Assembly (NCBI GenBank): GCA_963726195.1
Contig: CAVSBO010000005.1
Location: 32,001-96,000 of the forward strand
Length of the DNA stretch: 64,000 bases
DNA from: Candidatus Thorarchaeota archaeon
GTDB lineage: Archaea; Asgardarchaeota; Thorarchaeia; Thorarchaeales; Thorarchaeaceae
Direction of reading: 5' to 3'
This document shows, piece after piece, positions 1 through 9,121 of the stretch. Below the pieces are notes generated by a model. It did no database searches and was not told the DNA's origin. It saw only the letters and a program-made list of their open reading frames with translations. How positions within the stretch are numbered: position 1 is the first letter of the stretch; each line of letters opens with the position of its first letter. The translations under genes and the position numbers were made by a program.

Positions 1-908
1 CAAGAAATGACCACACCAATGCCGATGGCACAAAGGAGAATCAGGAACTGGCAGAAGAAGATGAGCGGAAGGCTTGCGATGTTCACTGAATAGAGATTCA
101 CGAAGTATGCGACCACATCCGCCGGAAATCCCTCAACTCTCGCCAAGATTGACCAGTTGTAAATTAGTATACCCACAATAGTGAAGGCCGAGTATATCAT
201 CGTGAGGACTAGCCCCGCAACAAGCTTTGCGCCGAGAATCTTCACGCGTTTCATCGGAACGACAAGCAATGCCTCAAGCGTATGCGTCTCTCTTTCACCC
301 GCGAAGGACGCACTCACATAGGGAGCGGGAGCGAGTACCGAGGTGATCATAACAAGGAAAATGGCCAGCTGATGGCCATACGTGGCTTCCGGCGCAATCG
401 TGTACCAGTTCACCTGAAGTTCCCTGATGACTATGCTCCGATCGATAACCCACCTTGCGAAAGTATCAATCCTCTGCGCCGCAGCTGTTGACCTTATGCT
501 GCCTGTGTTAACCCAGATTACGAGTGTGCTCTGATTGGCCGTCATGAGTTGTTGTGTGAAGTTTTCAGGTATTAGTACCCACACAGACACGCTCCGGTTG
601 GCGACAAGGCTCTCTCCCTGTGCTTGTGTCACATTGATTAGAGGGTCAATCAGTAGGTTGGTCGTATTGGTCTCAATGGCGTCATAGAGTGTCATGCCCC
701 AAGTGCCATTGTCGGCTAGGGTGATATAGACCTGCTCGGGTTCTACGGTTGTCTGTGCCACAATAAGAGAGAGGAAGGCGCCTTGGAAGAGCCAAGCGAA
801 CAGCGGGCTGATCACGAAACCGAACAGTAGCCATCTGGATCTCAAGACGGACCTGATTTCCTTTCTGAGCAACCAAACGGTCTTCGTGTCTATTCTCACA
901 GGGCTCAC
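1..908 (-). CDS. ABC-2 type (NatB-like) exporter permease, runs off the left edge of the window
   Basis: Hand translation from GTG at 908: ...VWLLRKEIRSVLRSRWLL... and ASFAGERETHTLEALLVVP (GE(R/K)ExxTLE.LL motif); multiple TM segments; no stop before position 1. Confidence 0.85.
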   Translation of the reverse strand, partial: MSPVRIDTKTVWLLRKEIRSVLRSRWLLFGFVISPLFAWLFQGAFLSLIVAQTTVEPEQVYITLADNGTWGMTLYDAIETNTTNLLIDPLINVTQAQGESLVANRSVSVWVLIPENFTQQLMTANQSTLVIWVNTGSIRSTAAAQRIDTFARWVIDRSIVIRELQVNWYTIAPEATYGHQLAIFLVMITSVLAPAPYVSASFAGERETHTLEALLVVPMKRVKILGAKLVAGLVLTMIYSAFTIVGILIYNWSILARVEGFPADVVAYFVNLYSVNIASLPLIFFCQFLILLCAIGIGVVIS

Positions 909-993
909 TGTCCAAGCACAGTCATTCTGCTTTCTGACCCTGCAGAATTCGCACACGGTAATCGGATAACGTTTGCGTTCTCGTTTACGGCAG

Positions 994-2454
994 CTAGGGT
1001 ATGCGGGAGACTATAGGGTCCGTGATCTTCTCCAAGACTTCGGCAGCGGCCCGCCCCAACAGTCCACCCTTTCGCAATCGATGCTGAGCAAGCCCCTTGT
1101 ATGATGCAAGACGCAGCTTGGCTTCGCTGAAGTTCGTAGCAAACAGGAGGTCATGTCTCCCCGCCGCTCCTCGCTGTTTACGCCATTCCGGTTCTGTAAT
1201 CCGTTTCTCGACTTTCGTGTAAAGACCTGTGCCGATTATTGGATATGGGAAGGAGTAGGACAGATAGTCGAGAGGCAGTCGAGAGGAGAAACGAAGAGTC
1301 TCGAGGAGAGATGAGTTTGTCTCACCCGGATAGCCGATGATGAAGAAACCACCTGTCTGAATCCCTGCGCTTCTCGCAGCAGACACAGCAGACTTGACAT
1401 CGCTAAGCCGTATCCTCTTGTTCATGATTTTGAGCATTCGTTCGTTTCCCGATTCGATTCCGAAGAAGACGCGCACGCAACCTGCTTTTCTCATCTTTCT
1501 GGCAAGGTCATCAACAAACCCGTCAACGCGGCTCAAACACATCCACTCGAGGTCGATTTTCTCCCCGATGATAAGGTCGCAGATTTCCTCAACTCTGTGT
1601 GGATTCTGTGTGAAGCAGTCATCCGCAAAGAAAACCCTGTCGTAGCCGAGCTTCTCTATGCCCTCCATCTCTTTCACAACATTTTCGGCAGACCTTTCCC
1701 TGTAGGATCTGCCAAACACAGGATTGCTGCAGAAATCGCAGGAATAAGGGCAGCCCCTCGTAGTGATTTGGCTGGTGGCAGTATAGCCATGGTACATTCT
1801 CCAGTATCTCATGTATGCCCGATTGGGATACATATCACGGGCTGGAAATGGAATCGCATCGAGTTCCCTGCACACCTCACGGGGTTCTGTTTTTCTCAGC
1901 TCACCTCTTTCACCAGCGAAAGCGATGCCTTTGGTTTCCTTCCATTCTTCGCCGGTCAGATACTTGGTCACCAGCTCAAGAAAGGTCTTCTCGCCCTCAT
2001 GTAGTACTACAGCGTCGAACAGGTCCAGAAAGGTTTCAGGGACCAGTGTGGGAAGAGGACCACCGGCAACGAGGAACTCCACATGATCTCTCAGGTCCTT
2101 AGCGAATGCTGTGGCATGATGGTTTATTGTCACCATTGAGTATATGCCCACTATTCGTGGTCTGAGTTTTCGGACAGCGGAAAGAGCATCTTCATACCTC
2201 GAAAAAGTGCAATCAATGAGTTGAACCGATATGCCCGCCTCTCGGAGGGTCGACGCGAGGTATCCGAGTCCTAGGGGAGGATATCTGAAGATTGACCGAT
2301 CGCGTTCTTCGTTAAAATAGGGGTTTACCAATACTACCTCGGTCAAATCTGTTCCGTCCGAAACAGGAATGCTGTTGTCACGACCAGCTTTTTTGACCAC
2401 AAGCCGCAATATGTTCTTTTTCTCTTGACCTGAGGAATCACAAGACCTACTCAA
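994..2454 (-). CDS. Cobalamin-binding (class B-type) radical SAM protein
   Basis: PPLGLGYLA B12-binding start, TRGCPYSCDFC (CxxxCxxC), FGIESG, FIIGYPGET. Confidence 0.9.
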   Translation of the reverse strand: MSRSCDSSGQEKKNILRLVVKKAGRDNSIPVSDGTDLTEVVLVNPYFNEERDRSIFRYPPLGLGYLASTLREAGISVQLIDCTFSRYEDALSAVRKLRPRIVGIYSMVTINHHATAFAKDLRDHVEFLVAGGPLPTLVPETFLDLFDAVVLHEGEKTFLELVTKYLTGEEWKETKGIAFAGERGELRKTEPREVCRELDAIPFPARDMYPNRAYMRYWRMYHGYTATSQITTRGCPYSCDFCSNPVFGRSYRERSAENVVKEMEGIEKLGYDRVFFADDCFTQNPHRVEEICDLIIGEKIDLEWMCLSRVDGFVDDLARKMRKAGCVRVFFGIESGNERMLKIMNKRIRLSDVKSAVSAARSAGIQTGGFFIIGYPGETNSSLLETLRFSSRLPLDYLSYSFPYPIIGTGLYTKVEKRITEPEWRKQRGAAGRHDLLFATNFSEAKLRLASYKGLAQHRLRKGGLLGRAAAEVLEKITDPIVSRIP

Positions 2455-3307
2455 TATGACCTGCCAATTCCCTCAGGCTGCCAAAACGGACTTTGTACTC
2501 AACGATATTGACGGTCGGCGGTACGGAAAGTATCACCCCGCTCCAGGAGGTGTGATTAGAGAAGGTCTCTCTGCCACGAAAAGCAGAAACACCCTGCGGA
2601 ATGTCAATCCGAAAACCAAGCTTGATTGATGGCGCGTATAGCACTGCCGACTTCGCTCGCATCACTGACCAGCCAGATATGCTGTCTCCACTCAATTTGA
2701 GTCCGCTGTCATCGAGATAATGTTTGAAAAGATGGCCGCCCATTTCGTTTGACACATAGACCTTCTGCAATCCGTCGTGAGATACGTCATCAAGGTTGAC
2801 GCTAACATTGATGACCCCTCGAGTAGTATCTAACGCATAAGTGCTGGACGCCCAGCCGCGATCACGCACGTGCACAAATCTAGAGTATGTTACACGTACC
2901 AGATGCCGCGATCTCAGTTCGGGTGGGCCAATGGCGTTCATGATTATACCTCCCAGTCCGGACTTATACACTCGGTTCCAGAGTCGTCGGCCTACCCATG
3001 AGAATGTATTAATCGACACATCATCCTTGTCCTCTGTGCGTTCGACGAGATCGTATCTGAAGCGTTTCTGCCAAGTACCAGTGAGCAACTTGCCTTCTCT
3101 TGTTGCATCCGCTGAACCGGGAAAGTAGAAGTCTCTCGCGTACTGGAGGATTGGGAGCCCGAAACCAACACCCTCTTCGCAGAGCTCACCTTCGCTCTTC
3201 TCCAAGCCCGGCACCAAACCCTTCTGTACGGGCGAGGATCTTCCTGTGTGTGGTCGTGAGTCGTTGTAGAGATAGTACGCGAGATTGGCCTTGGCAACGA
3301 CCGTCAA
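2447..3307 (-). CDS. Hypothetical protein
   Basis: 286-aa ORF overlapping the radical SAM start, GAGGGC-like SD upstream, co-oriented in the operon. Confidence 0.65.
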   Translation of the reverse strand: MTVVAKANLAYYLYNDSRPHTGRSSPVQKGLVPGLEKSEGELCEEGVGFGLPILQYARDFYFPGSADATREGKLLTGTWQKRFRYDLVERTEDKDDVSINTFSWVGRRLWNRVYKSGLGGIIMNAIGPPELRSRHLVRVTYSRFVHVRDRGWASSTYALDTTRGVINVSVNLDDVSHDGLQKVYVSNEMGGHLFKHYLDDSGLKLSGDSISGWSVMRAKSAVLYAPSIKLGFRIDIPQGVSAFRGRETFSNHTSWSGVILSVPPTVNIVEYKVRFGSLRELAGHIE

Positions 3308-3325
3308 GTTGAGGTGCCCTCTCTC

Positions 3326-4135
3326 CTATTTTTCGTAGACACCTTCTCCTGTCACCAAGCCGGTGAAGACTTCCTCGAGGTTGGCTGCCTTGAACTTCGT
3401 CTCTAGTTCGCTTGGTTTGCCGATGGCCACAAGTTTGCCTTCGTTTAGGATAGCCACCCTAGAGCACAGTTCCGATACTTCGTTCAAATCATGAGTTGTG
3501 AGGATTATGGTCTGTTTCTTTTCGGAGCTGAGCTTCTTGAGTAGGTTCCTTACCACCCTCGCCCCAATCGTGTCAATCCCCGTCGTGGGCTCGTCCATGA
3601 AGATGATTTCGGGCTCTATGATTAGAGCGCGCGCAACCAAAACCTTTCTCTTCATGCCTCCACTGAATCCCTTGACTTGGTAGTCCTGTTTGTCAGTAAG
3701 ACCTACTATGTCGAGCAGGTTGTCTGCTCTGTGCTGCAGTTCTTCGTTTGGGATTCCATACATCCCCCCGTAGTAGACTAGGTTCTCCCGGGCTGTAAGC
3801 CTTTCATATACTCCCGCCTCTTGAGGTAGAAGTGCGACCCGCGGACGGATGTCATCAATGTATTGAACAACGTCCTTGCCAAGGACCGTGGCTTTTCCAG
3901 ATGTGGGAGTAAGAAGACCTACAAGAATCCGAATCAGTGTTGTCTTGCCCGCACCGTTCGGACCCAGCAATCCGAAGACCTCTCCCCTGCCTATCTCCAA
4001 ATCCACGTTGTCAAGTGCGATGACCTCACGTTTTCTGCCCTTCTCGAAAATCTTGGTGAGCTGCTCCGTCTTGATAACAACATCGTCCAATTGGTCTGGC
4101 CTCCCAGCTCTCCATGCCTCGTCATACTTGGTCAT
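3326..4135 (-). CDS. ABC transporter ATP-binding protein
   Basis: Walker A GPNGAGKT, signature FSGGMKRK, Walker B IFMDEPT, H-loop TTH. Confidence 0.95.
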   Translation of the reverse strand: MTKYDEAWRAGRPDQLDDVVIKTEQLTKIFEKGRKREVIALDNVDLEIGRGEVFGLLGPNGAGKTTLIRILVGLLTPTSGKATVLGKDVVQYIDDIRPRVALLPQEAGVYERLTARENLVYYGGMYGIPNEELQHRADNLLDIVGLTDKQDYQVKGFSGGMKRKVLVARALIIEPEIIFMDEPTTGIDTIGARVVRNLLKKLSSEKKQTIILTTHDLNEVSELCSRVAILNEGKLVAIGKPSELETKFKAANLEEVFTGLVTGEGVYEK

Positions 4136-4902
4136 GCAACGTTGTCAATATGCGGGAAGGGTGGTTCTCCTTTAATCTTGGATAAGAGAAAGTCGTGAGC
4201 TTCCTTTACGTCTTCGTCCTCTCCTTCCACAAACAGAGTAACAGACCCTTCAGCACCATTGACCCCGCCAGCGGCTATTGGTGTTGCCGTCACTCCAAAG
4301 AGTGTGTCGAGTGCTTCAATCTCCGTGAACGGGATTCCTTCCAGAACTGCGATTGCTCCCACAGGCATGCCCACTGTGTAGTCCCAGTCAGAGAGTCCAA
4401 ATGAGTGACAAAATTCGGCATAGGCCACAGGTATGCACTTCTCCAAGCTGGCGGGCATAATCACTGTTATGTTCCTTGCCGCGGCGGCACCAATGAATGA
4501 GCCAATTGATCCTCCCGTCGGATTCGCGAGTAGTATTATGGGCACAAAGTCTGAATCCAGTGCGTTAGGGCTTTTTACTATGACATCCCCCGGCCCAAGT
4601 TCGCCGAGCACATCTACGATTTTCTTGTTATCGATATACCGCCCCTTGTAAAAGATTGCATCGTATGAACGGGTTTCTCTCATTGTCACAGACAATCCCT
4701 TTGGTACAACTACTCCCGCGACGTGCTTAGCCTTGTCGTACTTGCCGAGTATCTCTTCCACAAGATACGACGAGGTTGTTCCCAGAGCTATGCATAGGTG
4801 TCCTTCTTTCAAGGCATTGCGAACGGAATCAGTGGCCAGAAGTCCCTTTGCGATGAGTCTCTTGCCTTCAGCAGGGGTCAATGTAACTAGAAGCTTCTTC
4901 AA
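4132..4902 (-). CDS. Conserved hypothetical protein
   Basis: 256-aa ORF with 4-nt overlap onto the ABC ATPase start; Gly-rich motifs GTTSSY, GGSIG, AAGGVNGAEG. Confidence 0.75.
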   Translation of the reverse strand: MKKLLVTLTPAEGKRLIAKGLLATDSVRNALKEGHLCIALGTTSSYLVEEILGKYDKAKHVAGVVVPKGLSVTMRETRSYDAIFYKGRYIDNKKIVDVLGELGPGDVIVKSPNALDSDFVPIILLANPTGGSIGSFIGAAAARNITVIMPASLEKCIPVAYAEFCHSFGLSDWDYTVGMPVGAIAVLEGIPFTEIEALDTLFGVTATPIAAGGVNGAEGSVTLFVEGEDEDVKEAHDFLLSKIKGEPPFPHIDNVA

Positions 4903-5035
4903 GATGCTGCTCTCCGCAGTGATGTTATCCAGTCGCAGTATTCATGCAACCATCATTGTGCTGACAGCGGACACCTTTTAATAACTCGATTGGATTCAAT
5001 GTTGTTCTCACTCGGGCAGTATCCCTCTGCCACGA

Positions 5036-6037
5036 GTGACATCACATGCCGATGCGATAGTAATGAGCATGACTTCATCGCGAAAGCTTGAGCCCTCGGT
5101 TATCCGCCAGATCATCACTGCTGCAGAGTCGCTCTTACATGGCGGGTTCGATGCAGTATCAAACGGGATCAAGAAACCGTTCGTTATTGGTTCCATGTTC
5201 CATGATGCACCAGCTTGGGATTCAACGATAGCAGGTCTGACCGCAGCGAGACTGGGCTGTTCTCATGTTGGTTTTCCCGAAGAGGAAGGCCGCGCGATAT
5301 CATCTGAAGAGACAATCAGTCAGCTCGAGTGGTTTGGCCGGTTGGTTGACATCCTGTTAGTGGCTTACATTGATAGAAACTCGTTCGGAGCCGGCCATTT
5401 GCTGATGGAACGTCTTTGCTCCAACCTTGAATTGCACTCGGTGTGCGTGCGAGATGAAGTGTTCGCAGATCAGTCTGCCCTTGCCGAGCTTCTTGGCTTC
5501 TCTCATGCATTACGTGGTCTCGAGAAACGCAGGATTGTGATAAGCTGGGGTTTTGGCTCTCAGTTTGTTCTCCCTAGCACGGCACACAGCCTGCTCCTCT
5601 CTGCCTTAACCATGGGCTCCAACGTGCGTGTAGTCTGTCCATCAAGGTTTCCGCTTCTGAAACGTGTTGCCAGAGAGGCCCGAGACATAGCCAAGTCGAG
5701 TGGCGCCGGTTTCGAAGAGTCCCAAGAGTTTGAAGGTTCTTTCAATGATGCAGATGCTGTCTTTGCCTCGAACTGGTGCAGACTTGATGACCTCAATCAC
5801 CCCGAGAGATATCCAGCCTACGCATCAGAATTCAAGGACTGGTACTTTGATTCCGGGACTCTCCCTGAAGACTGTGTTTTTAGCTCCGAGTATCCGACAG
5901 AGACCGAGTTGCTGGTTGCGCCCTCGGTCATTCATGGTGATGACAGCATCGCATCGTCTTGGCTTAGCCGCAGAACCTCAACTTTGGCTGCATCGATTGA
6001 CTGGTTTCTGCAGACACACGGGGATCGGGCCAAGTGA
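5036..6037 (+). CDS. Ornithine/YgeW-type carbamoyltransferase-like protein with degenerate catalytic motifs
   Basis: Fold landmarks AARLG, E..S.ET, ALAELL, DADAVFASNW are present; the canonical STRT, HPxQ and HCLP motifs are absent. Confidence 0.65.
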   Translation: MTSHADAIVMSMTSSRKLEPSVIRQIITAAESLLHGGFDAVSNGIKKPFVIGSMFHDAPAWDSTIAGLTAARLGCSHVGFPEEEGRAISSEETISQLEWFGRLVDILLVAYIDRNSFGAGHLLMERLCSNLELHSVCVRDEVFADQSALAELLGFSHALRGLEKRRIVISWGFGSQFVLPSTAHSLLLSALTMGSNVRVVCPSRFPLLKRVAREARDIAKSSGAGFEESQEFEGSFNDADAVFASNWCRLDDLNHPERYPAYASEFKDWYFDSGTLPEDCVFSSEYPTETELLVAPSVIHGDDSIASSWLSRRTSTLAASIDWFLQTHGDRAK

Positions 6038-6110
6038 CCGAGGGCAAGAGGCAGCTGCGGAAAGATGGGACAAACTTGGACATCGACTCGTAGGAGCTTA
6101 CAAGCTCGGG

Positions 6111-6234
6111 TGAGGAATCCAGTCGTCGAGGCTGGAGCGACACGAACTCGACCTCAAGCAGTCTGAGCCCAGTGCCGTTTCTGGGCGGACGAAGGCTCCT
6201 GTGTCCATCTCTGTCCGATTAACAAATGAACGGT
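6111..6234 (-). repeat. Dispersed ~124-bp non-coding repeat, copy 1 (candidate structured RNA or MITE-like element)
   Basis: Reverse complement aligns by hand to 54809-54931 at about 101/124 identity, including CCGCCCAGAAACGGCACT exactly. Confidence 0.85.
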
Positions 6235-6247
6235 TCGACAAGCCGAC

Positions 6248-7447
6248 TCAGTTGACGATATGCTTCGCATACCTTTTGTCGACTACCGGCGACCAAAGTC
6301 GCGGGCTTGCCACTGTGATCAGTGGTAGAAACTCTACCTCGTCATTTCGCGCGACATTCGGGCGGTCGACTTTCGCCCTCCCGACCACAGCATTGCCACG
6401 GTCGGATATGTTCCTGGCGGCATTCAAGTCTGCGTGAATCGAGAACCCGCATCGCTTGCACACGAACTCGGAACCGTGCCGATTGCTCTTGGCAACATGC
6501 CCGCATCGCGAGCACCGCTGGCTCGTGTATTTCGGGTTCACAAAGAGCACCATCTTGCCCGCTTCGAGCGCCTTGTTCTCCATGGTCTGCTCGAGCTGAT
6601 AATATGCCCAGTTCGCGAACTTCTTGCGGGCCTGCTTGCCAATGCGACGATCTTTCTTGCTGTTGGTCTTAATCCCCTTCAAGTCCTCCAAGACGATGCA
6701 ATCGAACGGCTTGGCCACAAGCCACTTGGCGATTCTGCAATTCTCTTCAGTCATAAACCGTCTTTCCCGCCCCGCGAGCGCCTTGAGCTTTCGCTTGCAG
6801 CGGCGGGTGCCTTTTGACTGGAGGGATTTCCGCAAGTACTGGTACTTGTATTTCACGTTCTTGATGTGGTTCGAACTGTAGAACGTGTTGTCAGACGCGA
6901 CGACTGCGTTGTTGATGCCGCGGTCCACGCCTAGGAAGGTAACCGGGTAATCATTCACAATGGGGTCGGGTACCTCGATGTTCAGGAACGCGATTATCTT
7001 GTCCTTCTTTACCCTGAGCACGACAGCATTCACGGTCGAGAATTGATACTTTCTAAAATACTCCGGAATGACGAGCGGATAGGTCTTGCGCCCGTCAACG
7101 GTCGAAATGGAGATTCTCCCGCTTTCCAAGAACGGGGTGAATGTGCGCTGGTTCAATCGTATCGAAGACATCGGTTTCTTCACTGGCTTCCCGCATTGCC
7201 AGTTCTTCTTGTTGGCCAGTTTGAGCGATGCCGATGCCATGTCCCGCGCACATTGCACGAGCGATGACTGCAAGCGCGGCAATCGTTTCCGGATGGATGA
7301 ATAGGTCGCCGCGTGGAGCACGTTCTTATTGTACGTTCTCCGATTCCATCCAGCGCCCATAACACCGTTCGCCGCGTCATTGTACTGACGGATGGTCTCG
7401 GCCAGAGAGGAGTCGGGCGGCAACGGGCATTGGATAGTGCGAATCAT
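6248..7447 (-). CDS. tnpB: RNA-guided endonuclease TnpB
   Basis: RuvC-I GVDRG, RuvC-II VLEDL, Zn finger CSRC...CKRC, RuvC-III ADLNAARNI. Confidence 0.95.
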   Translation of the reverse strand: MIRTIQCPLPPDSSLAETIRQYNDAANGVMGAGWNRRTYNKNVLHAATYSSIRKRLPRLQSSLVQCARDMASASLKLANKKNWQCGKPVKKPMSSIRLNQRTFTPFLESGRISISTVDGRKTYPLVIPEYFRKYQFSTVNAVVLRVKKDKIIAFLNIEVPDPIVNDYPVTFLGVDRGINNAVVASDNTFYSSNHIKNVKYKYQYLRKSLQSKGTRRCKRKLKALAGRERRFMTEENCRIAKWLVAKPFDCIVLEDLKGIKTNSKKDRRIGKQARKKFANWAYYQLEQTMENKALEAGKMVLFVNPKYTSQRCSRCGHVAKSNRHGSEFVCKRCGFSIHADLNAARNISDRGNAVVGRAKVDRPNVARNDEVEFLPLITVASPRLWSPVVDKRYAKHIVN

Positions 7448-7550
7448 AGATCTGTGATTTCCGTATACCTCATTAGAGCTTAAATCCTCATATCCCGGGG
7501 CAGCGATTTGTCCCCCGACTGAAGTCGGTTCTTCCTAGTTGCGCCTCTTT
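6278..7550 (-). mobile_element. IS200/IS605-family tnpB-only (IS1341-like) element
   Basis: Left-end hairpin CCGAC-TTCA-GTCGG (7525-7538) preceded by TTCAT; right end GCAAGCCC-GCGAC-TTTG-GTCGC-CGGTAGTCGAC (hairpin 6289-6302); contains tnpB; no tnpA. Confidence 0.8.
7479..7484 (-). promoter_or_regulatory. Putative archaeal TATA box for tnpB
   Basis: TTTAAG about 32 nt upstream of the tnpB ATG. Confidence 0.4.
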
Positions 7551-7579
7551 ATGAAGAGAATAGAATGTGGTCCTGAGAT

Positions 7580-8683
7580 ATGTGGCACATACTGAGACCG
7601 GACTCTGCAAGTGTCTGGAAAGATGCCGAGACTCTGCAAAGACTTCGGAGATACAGAGGCATCATTGACGGTCGTCGTGCCGCGAAGTATCTAATAGCCA
7701 AGCAAGTGGAGTCCGACTTGGATTGCAGTGCCTCAATCAAAGAGCTTTGGTCTCACCATACTGCGCTCGCTAGTAGGTTTGCAAAGCGCCTAAAGGAGGT
7801 CGACGGCAGGAAGGGAGCATTGCCACCGACAGAACCCCCTGAGACGACATTCCTTGATGTGAAAATCGAGCTGGCGCGCAGAATCTTGCAGAACTGTCAT
7901 TTTTGTGAACGAAAATGCGGAGTGGACCGCACGCGTGATGAGAAAGGGTGGTGCAAGTTGGGCCCCGAGTCTCGTGTATCCTCAGCTTTCATTCACACTG
8001 GTGAAGAGGCCCCACTCGTGCCGAGTGGCACCATCTTCTTCGCATCCTGTTGTTTTTCCTGCGTCTTCTGTCAAAACGCAGACATCTCAACGAATCCAAG
8101 CTCAGGGGACATTGTACAGCCCCATCAGTTGGCCTCTATTGCAGAGGCCCTTTACCGAGAGGGTGCGCTAAACATCAACTACGTAGGCGGGGACCCTATC
8201 CCGAACACGTACTCGATTCTATCCTCGATGAGGTTCCAGTTATCCAATGTCACTCAGTTATGGAATTCCAATCTCTACTGCTCCGAAGACACAATGCGTC
8301 TGCTTGGAGAGGTCATCGACATATGGCTTCCAGATTTCAAGTACGGCAATGATGATTGTGCGCTGAGGCTTTCAAGTGCGAGGGACTACTTCGCCATTGT
8401 TTGCAGAAATCACGTCAAGGCCTACAACTCGGGCGAAGTGGTTGTCAGACACCTTGTGTTGCCGAACCATGTTGAGTGCTGTACCTACCCGATTCTGGAT
8501 TGGATATCAAAGAATATGCCCGACTGCATGGTCAACCTGATGGATCAGTACAGACCTGAGCACAAGGTAAGAACCCGGCCACAGGACTTCCCTGACATAA
8601 GCAGAAGAGTCACGACGGAAGAAATGCGGAAGGTTAGAAAAAGAGCAGACGAATTGGGTATATGTTGGGCGCCCGTCAGCTGA
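7580..8683 (+). CDS. pflX: PflX-like radical SAM Fe-S protein
   Basis: CHFCERKCGVDR, HTGEE..LVPSGTIFF, CCFSCVFCQN, DFKYGND, VRHLVLP. Confidence 0.85.
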   Translation: MWHILRPDSASVWKDAETLQRLRRYRGIIDGRRAAKYLIAKQVESDLDCSASIKELWSHHTALASRFAKRLKEVDGRKGALPPTEPPETTFLDVKIELARRILQNCHFCERKCGVDRTRDEKGWCKLGPESRVSSAFIHTGEEAPLVPSGTIFFASCCFSCVFCQNADISTNPSSGDIVQPHQLASIAEALYREGALNINYVGGDPIPNTYSILSSMRFQLSNVTQLWNSNLYCSEDTMRLLGEVIDIWLPDFKYGNDDCALRLSSARDYFAIVCRNHVKAYNSGEVVVRHLVLPNHVECCTYPILDWISKNMPDCMVNLMDQYRPEHKVRTRPQDFPDISRRVTTEEMRKVRKRADELGICWAPVS

Positions 8684-8758
8684 ACTCTCTTTTCCATTTG
8701 ATGACACCCAGTTCGCAACGTTCTAAAGGCCAGCATCTGAGATTCGTTCGGTGGTACT

Positions 8759-8989
8759 ATGTGTCTGGCAGTCCCTGGTCTCGTTGAGAGTATTGAAGGG
8801 GATTATGCTGAAGTGGACTTCGGGGGTGTTCGCAAAAGAGTATGCATAACTCTCTTGCCAAACCTGCGAGTGGGCGAGTACGTCATCGTTCACACGGGAT
8901 ATGCCATCGAGAGTCTGAAACCGGACGAAGCGAAGAAGACCCTGGCACTCTTCGAAGACATGGCTCGAATAGCAGACAAAAGCGAATAA
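8759..8989 (+). CDS. hypC: Hydrogenase maturation chaperone HypC/HupF
   Basis: MCLAVP N-terminus, VGEYVIVHTGYAI. Confidence 0.95.
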   Translation: MCLAVPGLVESIEGDYAEVDFGGVRKRVCITLLPNLRVGEYVIVHTGYAIESLKPDEAKKTLALFEDMARIADKSE

Positions 8990-9121
8990 TGATGGACGCA
9001 TGCCTGCATTGATTCCGTATCTCGTTAGCGAACAGCAGGCAATGTCTGCCAGAATCCACTAGGTTCATATCGCAGGTAATCTGCTGCACCATCAATACCG
9101 CGTTTGAGGAGATAGAGCAGC

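Noticed and set aside
6111-6234. Repeat as RNase P RNA, group II intron domain 5, hammerhead ribozyme or tRNA
   Set aside because: Only partial word matches: no P4 pairing, no GNRA-capped D5 stem, no CUGANGA core, no cloverleaf.
6248-7447. Cas12f/Cas14 CRISPR effector
   Set aside because: No repeat-spacer array or cas genes seen; the gene is flanked by IS200/IS605-type ends.
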